A stretch of 64,000 nucleotides of DNA, from the NCBI GenBank assembly GCA_964478715.1, contig CAYZIY010000001.1, forward strand, positions 213,196 through 277,195. The letters run 5' to 3'. A program made the translations under genes and the position numbers. The notes under the pieces are model-generated. The model saw only the letters and a program-made list of their open reading frames with translations. It was not told the DNA's origin and made no database searches. Origin of the DNA: an uncultured Planctomycetales bacterium (lineage in GTDB: Bacteria; Omnitrophota; Gorgyraeia; Zapsychrales; JBDRMG01). Below are positions 57,078-64,000 of the stretch, in pieces (the stretch's first letter is position 1; the number at the start of each line of letters is the position of its first letter).

Positions 57078-57825
57078 AGAAATATCCAGTCTTGATAGAG
57101 CTATCATTCCCATTTCTTATGAATTGAAACTTACTCGCCGGTGTTCAACGATGGAGATTCGGGTGAATTCTCGGGGTGCAGTTAAGGTTCTGGCGCCGTA
57201 CTGGTGCCGCAAAAAAGAGATTAAGGATTTTATCCATTCCAGGTCTCAGTGGATCCTGCGGCAAGTCGATCATATGAAAAGAGAAAACGGAGGGATCATC
57301 AACTGCCTTTTGCATCCGGGAGCTCATCTATTTTTTCTGGGTTCTCGTTATCCGCTTGTGGTTGAAAAGGGCGAGGGAAGAAAAACCTATGTCGAATTTG
57401 ATGGAGCCCGCTGGGTGATACGCCTTTGTAACGGAATCTCTGATTCCAGAAAAAGAAATGAGCTTAAAAAGGGACTCAAGAAATGGTTTAAGGATCAGGC
57501 CGAAGAACTTTTAGGCGGGCGTGTTTTTCAGCTCTCCCGTCGGATGGGCGTGCTTCCCAAGCGGGTCAGTATTCGGCAACAAAAGAGTATCTGGGGAAGC
57601 TGTAATGCACATTTGCAGTCCTTAAATCTAAACTGGAAAATTATCATGGCCCCTTTTGAGGTTATTGATTATTTAATTATTCACGAATTATGCCACTTAC
57701 GCATTCCCAATCATTCCCAAAGATTCTGGCAGGAAATTAAAAGCTTTGCCCCCGATTATCAAAAGCAGCAGAAGTGGCTTAAGGACCATTCCCGCGAATT
57801 GGCCCTTTTAGACGATCCCTCATGA
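57064..57825 (+). CDS. YgjP/M48-like (DUF45) metal-dependent hydrolase
   Basis: WGSC, LNWK, DYLIIHELCH, NHSQRFW. Confidence 0.9.
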   Translation: MSPNKEISSLDRAIIPISYELKLTRRCSTMEIRVNSRGAVKVLAPYWCRKKEIKDFIHSRSQWILRQVDHMKRENGGIINCLLHPGAHLFFLGSRYPLVVEKGEGRKTYVEFDGARWVIRLCNGISDSRKRNELKKGLKKWFKDQAEELLGGRVFQLSRRMGVLPKRVSIRQQKSIWGSCNAHLQSLNLNWKIIMAPFEVIDYLIIHELCHLRIPNHSQRFWQEIKSFAPDYQKQQKWLKDHSRELALLDDPS

Positions 57826-58043
57826 TCACGATTTCTGTAAAAGTTATTCCTCACGCCAAAAGGAATCTTATCAAAAAAGAAGGGGATTTCTTTAAGATTT
57901 ATCTCAATGCGCCGGCCATAGAAGGCAAGGCCAATCAGGCATTGATCCGCTTTCTCGCCCAACATTATAGAGTCGCCAAAAGCGCTGTGGTTATTACAAA
58001 AGGATTGAAATCGCGCTTTAAAACAGTTATGATAAAAAAATAA
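57822..58043 (+). CDS. DUF167 (YggU) family protein
   Basis: VKVIP, APAIEGKAN, GLKSRFK. Confidence 0.88.
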   Translation: MITISVKVIPHAKRNLIKKEGDFFKIYLNAPAIEGKANQALIRFLAQHYRVAKSAVVITKGLKSRFKTVMIKK

Positions 58044-58067
58044 TATTTTTCCAAAATGGAGGTTGCT

Positions 58068-58517
58068 ATGTTAGTTCAAAAAATTACCGACGATTACAAA
58101 CAGGCTATGAAAGACAGGAACGCTCTGAAATCTTCGACATTGAGTTTTTTAAGGGCCCAGATCAAGAATTTTCAGATTCAGCAGAAAAATGATCAGGTCA
58201 ATGATGCGGATGTTCTTTCTCTTATCAAAAGACAGGTCAAGCAGCGCGTTGACTCCATCGATCAGTTTGAAAAAGGCGGACGCAATGATCTCGTTGAGAA
58301 AGAAAAAGCAGAACTCAGAATTTTAAAATCCTATCTTCCCGAAGAGTTCACTGATGAAGAGCTGGAAAATATTGTTCGAGAGGCCATTAGTGAATCCCTG
58401 GCTTCTTCGATCAAAGATATGGGGAAAGCGATGAAGCATGCCGTCATGAAGGCTGCCGGACGGGCTGACGGTAAACGAATTAGTGAATGCGTTAAAGGAA
58501 TGTTGTCTCAAATGTGA
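58068..58517 (+). CDS. yqeY: GatB/YqeY domain protein
   Basis: KQAMK, KQRVDSIDQF..GGR.DL, YLP, DMGK, ADGK. Confidence 0.9.
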   Translation: MLVQKITDDYKQAMKDRNALKSSTLSFLRAQIKNFQIQQKNDQVNDADVLSLIKRQVKQRVDSIDQFEKGGRNDLVEKEKAELRILKSYLPEEFTDEELENIVREAISESLASSIKDMGKAMKHAVMKAAGRADGKRISECVKGMLSQM

Positions 58518-58534
58518 TTCAAGAGTTGCCGTTT

Positions 58535-59311
58535 ATGAGTAAAAAAATATTTCTTAGAGCTTTCTATTTGCTGATTATTTGCTGCGGATTATTTTTTATT
58601 TGGCTTTCCGATCAGTATGTTGTTCCCATTATCATGTATCACAGCGTCGCAAAAGTCCGGCCGAAGACAGCCAATATCATTGATCCTGTGCGTTTTTCCT
58701 GGCAGATGGATTTTCTTAAAAAAAACGGTTATGAAGTCATCAGTTTGGCTGAGCTTGTTGAGGCCAAGAGCGCCGGAATACCTCTATCCCGCCGCAGTGT
58801 CGTTCTGACTTTTGATGATGGATACGAAGATAATTACATCCGGGCCTATGAAATTCTCAAAGAGAAGGGATTCCCCGCTATTATCTTTGTAGGCGCTAGC
58901 CAAGTCGGCGATCCGGCATATCTCAGCTGGCGCCAGATTAAAGAGATGGAAGAGTTTGATGTAACGGTGGGAAGCCATACGCTCAACCAAGCCTATTTGC
59001 CGGACTTATCGCCAAGAGAAGCTTTTGCCCAAATTCGATTCAGCAAAAACATTCTGGAAGAAAAGCTGAATCATCCGGTTGATTTTCTTTCTTATCCGAC
59101 CGGCGGTTTCAGTGAGCAAATCAAAGACATGGTAAAATCTAGCGGATATTTGGCTGCCTGCACGACTAATCGCGGAGAGGATGACCTTAACCGCGATCTC
59201 TATGAGCTTAAGAGAATTCGTTTTAGCAATAAGGATAATAATCCAGTGATTCTCTGGGCCAAACTTTCCGGTTACTACAATTTTTTCCGTAAAGATAAAC
59301 AGCCCTATTGA
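58535..59311 (+). CDS. Polysaccharide deacetylase (CE4, IcaB-like)
   Basis: IMYH, LTFDDGY, GSHT, SYPTG. Confidence 0.88.
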   Translation: MSKKIFLRAFYLLIICCGLFFIWLSDQYVVPIIMYHSVAKVRPKTANIIDPVRFSWQMDFLKKNGYEVISLAELVEAKSAGIPLSRRSVVLTFDDGYEDNYIRAYEILKEKGFPAIIFVGASQVGDPAYLSWRQIKEMEEFDVTVGSHTLNQAYLPDLSPREAFAQIRFSKNILEEKLNHPVDFLSYPTGGFSEQIKDMVKSSGYLAACTTNRGEDDLNRDLYELKRIRFSNKDNNPVILWAKLSGYYNFFRKDKQPY

Positions 59312-59336
59312 CGTTTTTGAAATTTTTCGCTATGAT
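59308..59336 (+). promoter_or_regulatory. Sigma70 promoter
   Basis: TTGACG-17-TATGAT. Confidence 0.6.
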
Positions 59337-59350
59337 AAAATTTCATTTAA

Positions 59351-62300
59351 ATGAACAGCCTTATGCCTCAAGCACATAGAAACACATCAGCATCCGAATA
59401 CGCCTTAAATGAAAAAGGCGCTTTTCTGATTCACAATTACAATAAATCTAACGCTTTTTGTAACTTTTTCCCTGGAGTGGCCGGTTTATGGGGGATTCCC
59501 ATGTGGGTATTTTATGTCAATCGAGGTCAGTGTATCTCAAGTTTCGGGGTGGAGAGCAAGGACAAGGCTATTATGGAGTTTCAGCCGGCCGATAAAGCCT
59601 ATCGCATGACATCTCATCAGGGTTTTCGTACATTTATGAAAGTCAGCAGAGATCGCAAAGTTTTTTTTTATGAGCCATTTGCCGAAACGATCGCCAATAA
59701 CCAGTTTGTGCGTAGTCAGGAAATGGCGATTACATCCCATGATTTGACGATTGAGGAAATTAATGAAACTCTGGGCCTCAAGGTCCGGGTGAATTATTTT
59801 ACTGTTCCCTCTGAAAATTTTGCCTCTCTCGTACGGGATATTACAATCACCAATCTATCAAGCAAACATTGTTATCTTGATTTGGTCGACGGCATGCCGG
59901 TCATTGTTCCTTTTGGCGTCAACCATCAGCTTCAGAAAGATATTTCGCGTACCGTTCAAGCGTGGAATCAGGTGAATAATTTCAAAGCAAAAGCGCCGAT
60001 TTATAATCTTAAAGTGAAGATTGCCGATCGTCCGGAAGTAGAGACCATTGAAGGAGGACATTTCTTTTTCAGTCTCATGCACAACGGATACAAACCTAAG
60101 CCCCTCTCTGTGGTCATTGATCCGGTTTGTGTTTTTGGTAGCCATTTGGATTACAATATTCCAGACCTTTTTCTGAAACAAAAGAAATTTAATGTTCCCC
60201 GCCGGCAAATGTCGAGCAATCGTTCTGTTAGCGCCATGAGTCATGCTTTTTTGGATTTGCCCGCAAAAGGGGATCAGAGAATAACATCTTTCTTTGGCCA
60301 TACTCATAATATTGATGAGATTAGTCAAATATTAGCTAAAACGAGGAAGAAAGATTATATTGCCAAGAAATCTGAGGAGAACGAGCGAATTATCAAGGAT
60401 ATTAAGAATTATTGCCTAACCAACAGCTCATCGAAGGCCTTGAATCATTATTGCGGTCAGACATTTCTTGATAATGTTTTGCGTGGTGGGCTGCCTCAGT
60501 GTATTGAAGCCGATGACGGACGGATTGTTTTTAATGTGTATAGTCGTAAACACGGCGATCTGGAGAGGGATTATAATTATTTTGTGCTGGCTCCAACCTA
60601 TCTATCCCAGGGAAACGGAAATTACCGGGATGTGAATCAAAACAGGCGCAATGATGTGTGGTTTGATACGCGGGTGAGAGAAAGCCATATCTTGCAGTTT
60701 CTTAATCTTCTTCAGGCCGACGGATACAATCCTTTGGTTGTCCAGGGGACAGCTTTTTCGATCGATAGTACGCATAAAATCGAACAATTTGTTAATGAGT
60801 TCGGGCAGGGGCGAGGCAAGACGCACCTGAAAAAACTGTTGTCAAAGAAATTCCAGCCCGGACAGTTATTAAAAACTATCGAAGAAGAGAAAATCAAACT
60901 CAAGGTTCCAGGAGACGAATTTCTTAAGAGAATTCTCAGACATTGTCAAAAGCATGATGTCGCTCGGCATGGAGAAGGATTTTGGAGCGATCATTGGACG
61001 TACTGTCTGGATCTTCTAGAGCGTTATTTCGCGCTTTATCCGGAAGATAAGAAAAAGCTATTTCTCGAGCAGAATCAATTCAAGTTTTTTTATAACAGGT
61101 ATCATATCTTACCGCTTGACCAGAGATTCGTTCTTACTCCGCGCGGTGTGCGTCAATACCATTCCGTTAAGAAGCTGCCTCGCGAGATGCTCCCGCCTCA
61201 GTACGATGGACAGCTTAGGGCAAAGGAAGGGAAGGGAGATGTTTATTTTACAAACCTTTTTGTCAAATTATTGTGTACTATTGTCAATAAAGCGGCTACG
61301 TTTGATCCCAGCGGTGTGGGTATAGAAATGGAAGGCGGCAAGCCCAATTGGTATGATGCTCTTAACGGGCTCCCTGGCTTGATGGGGTCTTCTCTCAATG
61401 AAACGCTCGAATTAAAACGCTGGTGTCTCTTTGTCCGTCGAGTTATTGAAGACTTGGATCTTAAAGACCACCAAGAGTTGTATGTATTTGAAGAGCTTTG
61501 TAGTTTGATGTCAGCCTTGCATGATCTTTTGGCAACGCAACAGGATGATTTGTCTTACTGGCGGCGTTCTAATGAAGTTAAAGAACACTACCGGCGCCGT
61601 ATTCTCGAGGGAATTGACGGACACGAGAAGGCCGTCCCGATCTCTTCGATCGATAAATTCCTGGAACGGGTGATCTGTAAGTGTGATTGCGCTCTTGAAA
61701 AGGCCAAAGATAGCCACGGACTTTTAAGAACTTATTTTACGCATGAAGTAACACAATACGATGAGTTGGAACGAACAGGATTCGATGGATGCCCTTTGGT
61801 TCATCCTCTGAATTTCAAGATGAGGGCTTTGCCGCTTTTCTTGGAAGGTTTTGTCCATGCCATGCGTGTTCAGAAAGATCAAATCCGAGCCAGGGCTTTG
61901 TATCAAAAGGTAAGAGGGAGCCGTCTTTTTGATAAAAAATTAAAGATGTATCGTTGCAATGACGACCTTTCGGGCGAGAGTCCTGAAATAGGCCGCTGTC
62001 ATGTGTTTCCGCCGGGTTGGTTGGAGAATCAGTCAATCTGGCAACACATGCAGAAGAAGTTTCTTTTGGAATTGTTGCGCTATGGCTTATACGAAGAATT
62101 TTTTAATAATATGAAAAAGACATTGATTCCGTTTTTAAACCCCAAAAGATATGGGCGCAGTATTTTGGAGAATTCTTCATTTATTGTTAGTTCAGCACAT
62201 GAAGATGTTAAACTGCATGGAAAAGGTTTCGTGGCGCGCTTAAGCGGGACCACAGCGGAATGGCTTCATATCTGGCTGATCTTGAATGCGGGAGAAACTC

Positions 62301-62659
62301 CTTTTGCGATAGATCAGAAGGGGAGTCTCGAATTGTGCTTCAAACCGATACTACCCGGTTGGATGTTTACAAAACGCGAATCTGTGATCGAACGATTCGA
62401 CAGAAATCATGTATATAAAAAGATGGTGATGCCCAAAAATACTTATGCGTTTCATTTTTTAGGAACTACTCTTGTGGTTTATCATAATCCTCGTCGGCGC
62501 GATACTTTCGGCAAGAATAAGGCTTCGATAGAGAGAATCCTCATTTCCTATCCGGATCATCGGGATCCTATCCATATATCCGGAAACTGTGTTCCCTCCC
62601 AATATGCGCTCGATATCAGAAATAACAAAGTCAATCGCATCGACGTTTACATGAAATAG
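59351..62659 (+). CDS. GH161-like beta-1,3-glucan phosphorylase
   Basis: FYVNRGQ, YSRKHGDLERDYN, SQGNGNYRDVNQNRR, GFWSDHW, WYDALNGLPG, WLEN.S.W.HM. Confidence 0.8.
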   Translation: MNSLMPQAHRNTSASEYALNEKGAFLIHNYNKSNAFCNFFPGVAGLWGIPMWVFYVNRGQCISSFGVESKDKAIMEFQPADKAYRMTSHQGFRTFMKVSRDRKVFFYEPFAETIANNQFVRSQEMAITSHDLTIEEINETLGLKVRVNYFTVPSENFASLVRDITITNLSSKHCYLDLVDGMPVIVPFGVNHQLQKDISRTVQAWNQVNNFKAKAPIYNLKVKIADRPEVETIEGGHFFFSLMHNGYKPKPLSVVIDPVCVFGSHLDYNIPDLFLKQKKFNVPRRQMSSNRSVSAMSHAFLDLPAKGDQRITSFFGHTHNIDEISQILAKTRKKDYIAKKSEENERIIKDIKNYCLTNSSSKALNHYCGQTFLDNVLRGGLPQCIEADDGRIVFNVYSRKHGDLERDYNYFVLAPTYLSQGNGNYRDVNQNRRNDVWFDTRVRESHILQFLNLLQADGYNPLVVQGTAFSIDSTHKIEQFVNEFGQGRGKTHLKKLLSKKFQPGQLLKTIEEEKIKLKVPGDEFLKRILRHCQKHDVARHGEGFWSDHWTYCLDLLERYFALYPEDKKKLFLEQNQFKFFYNRYHILPLDQRFVLTPRGVRQYHSVKKLPREMLPPQYDGQLRAKEGKGDVYFTNLFVKLLCTIVNKAATFDPSGVGIEMEGGKPNWYDALNGLPGLMGSSLNETLELKRWCLFVRRVIEDLDLKDHQELYVFEELCSLMSALHDLLATQQDDLSYWRRSNEVKEHYRRRILEGIDGHEKAVPISSIDKFLERVICKCDCALEKAKDSHGLLRTYFTHEVTQYDELERTGFDGCPLVHPLNFKMRALPLFLEGFVHAMRVQKDQIRARALYQKVRGSRLFDKKLKMYRCNDDLSGESPEIGRCHVFPPGWLENQSIWQHMQKKFLLELLRYGLYEEFFNNMKKTLIPFLNPKRYGRSILENSSFIVSSAHEDVKLHGKGFVARLSGTTAEWLHIWLILNAGETPFAIDQKGSLELCFKPILPGWMFTKRESVIERFDRNHVYKKMVMPKNTYAFHFLGTTLVVYHNPRRRDTFGKNKASIERILISYPDHRDPIHISGNCVPSQYALDIRNNKVNRIDVYMK

Positions 62660-62668
62660 ATTCAGAAA

Positions 62669-63805
62669 TTATAAAGCGGCAAGGACTTCTTTGGCGGCAC
62701 GCTCAAGGGCACCTTGGTCTCCGAGAATATGCTTGATTTTTTCAAGAGCAACTTTCATCTCAGAGGATCGCTTTTCGGTGAGAATTTTCGATATTTCCAG
62801 GGCAATTGAGGTGGATGTGGCCTCAAACTGGATGCATTCCGGAACAATCTTCTTCCCCGCTACAACATTGACCAGACCAATATAAGGGATCTTGATAAAC
62901 AATTTCGCTAGGATCCAGGTGAGAAGAGATGTTTTATAAACAATCACCATGGGTTTTTTTAAAATGGCAGTCTCCAGCGTTGCGGTTCCCGAGGCGACGA
63001 TGCAAACATTGCAGGCGTTGATTCCTTCATAATAATAATCCGAAATAATTTTTAAGGGGATATTTTTATTTTGAATGTAAGGTTCAAAAAACGAAGTATC
63101 CAGAGACAGGGCGCGTAATAATAGAAATTGAGTTTGAGGGTATTGACGATGAATGATTTCGGCCGAGTTCAGCATCACCGGAAGCAATCGTTCGATTTCT
63201 TTCTTCCTGCTGCCGGGCAAAATTCCTATAATTGGTTTTTTATGGTCAAAATTGACAGAAGAAAGCAAATCTTTGCGGTCTTTTTTTAATGTCATCGTGT
63301 CCAAAAGCGGATGCCCGACGCAGGTGGCTTCGATCCCGTGTTTTTGATAAAGATTCTTTTCGAAAGGGAAAAAGACGATTATCTTATCGATGTATTTCTT
63401 GACAATTTCAACTCTGTTTTCTTTCCAGGCCCAGACTTGAGGGCTGATATAATAAATAATCTTAATGTGATGTTTCTTCAATTCTTTGGCCAGGCGCAGG
63501 TTGAAACCGGGGAAGTCTATAAGGATAACAGCATCGACTTTTCGCAGGAGAGCCTCTTGTACGATCAGATGAAAAACTTTTCGGATTTCGAAATAATTTC
63601 GGATGACTTCAGTAAATCCCACAACCGCCAAATCGGCGAGATAATAATCGATATGTACGCCTGCCTCTTCCATCCTTCTGCCGCCGACACCGCTAAATAC
63701 AATTTGCGGATCAAGGGCATGGATGGTCTTGATCAAATGAGCGCCATGCATGTCTCCGGAGGCTTCTCCGGCGACAATCATGAGATGTTTTTGGGATTCT
63801 TGCAT
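62669..63805 (-). CDS. lpxB: Lipid A disaccharide synthase
   Basis: AGEASGD, IDFPGFN, SPQVWAW, GHPL, LPGSR, SGTATLE. Confidence 0.95.
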   Translation of the reverse strand: MQESQKHLMIVAGEASGDMHGAHLIKTIHALDPQIVFSGVGGRRMEEAGVHIDYYLADLAVVGFTEVIRNYFEIRKVFHLIVQEALLRKVDAVILIDFPGFNLRLAKELKKHHIKIIYYISPQVWAWKENRVEIVKKYIDKIIVFFPFEKNLYQKHGIEATCVGHPLLDTMTLKKDRKDLLSSVNFDHKKPIIGILPGSRKKEIERLLPVMLNSAEIIHRQYPQTQFLLLRALSLDTSFFEPYIQNKNIPLKIISDYYYEGINACNVCIVASGTATLETAILKKPMVIVYKTSLLTWILAKLFIKIPYIGLVNVVAGKKIVPECIQFEATSTSIALEISKILTEKRSSEMKVALEKIKHILGDQGALERAAKEVLAAL

Positions 63806-64000
63806 ATTTGATCGGTGATCTCAAGGGCCAGCTGAAGAGCCTCTTTTCCCTCTTGGCCGCTGATCAGAGGTTGTTGGTCATTGATAATGCAGTCGATGAA
63901 AGACTCCAGTTCTCTTTTAAGAGGTTGTTCTTTCTCAATGGGCAGAGCATGCTTGGAGATGAGTGTGCCGTGCTTGCGGTACACGTGGGCTTCCTGATTC
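63778..64000 (-). CDS. C-terminal part of a Gfo/Idh/MocA oxidoreductase (GnnA-like); runs off the window
   Basis: EQPLKRELESF...SGQEGKEALQLA immediately upstream of lpxB. Confidence 0.65.
   Translation of the reverse strand, partial: NQEAHVYRKHGTLISKHALPIEKEQPLKRELESFIDCIINDQQPLISGQEGKEALQLALEITDQICKNPKNIS

Overview
Gene-dense bacterial chromosomal window from an anaerobic diderm (lpxB, asmA, PFOR, desulfoferrodoxin, B12-dependent NrdJ and MetH). The gene repertoire suggests Candidatus Omnitrophota or a similar lineage; this is inference only. No rRNA, tRNA, CRISPR array or intact mobile element was seen. Main finding: an apparently exported, split AmmeMemoRadiSam system at 2209-7078 plus 48139-49653. 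Its radical-SAM core lacks the usual N-terminal strand and is flanked by two micro-proteins carrying that strand motif. One is membrane-anchored (LHPARYFK). The other is an unannotated 57-aa twin-arginine peptide (NRRDFLK...KEARFYK...LAG). They sit next to a flavinylated/4Fe-4S membrane electron carrier and a catalytically altered spermidine-synthase-like membrane protein. Second finding: tandem GEMM-I cyclic-dinucleotide riboswitches ahead of a dockerin-only secreted protein. One aptamer is A20 (cGAMP-type); the other is G20 with a 35-nt two-hairpin insertion. A third, variant GEMM-I precedes a giant PilX-like gene. Also present: several leaderless-type promoters, receiver domains with a shared insertion, NrdR boxes, and a decayed antiporter/IS junction. 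All family assignments come from motif recognition by eye; no database searches were run.
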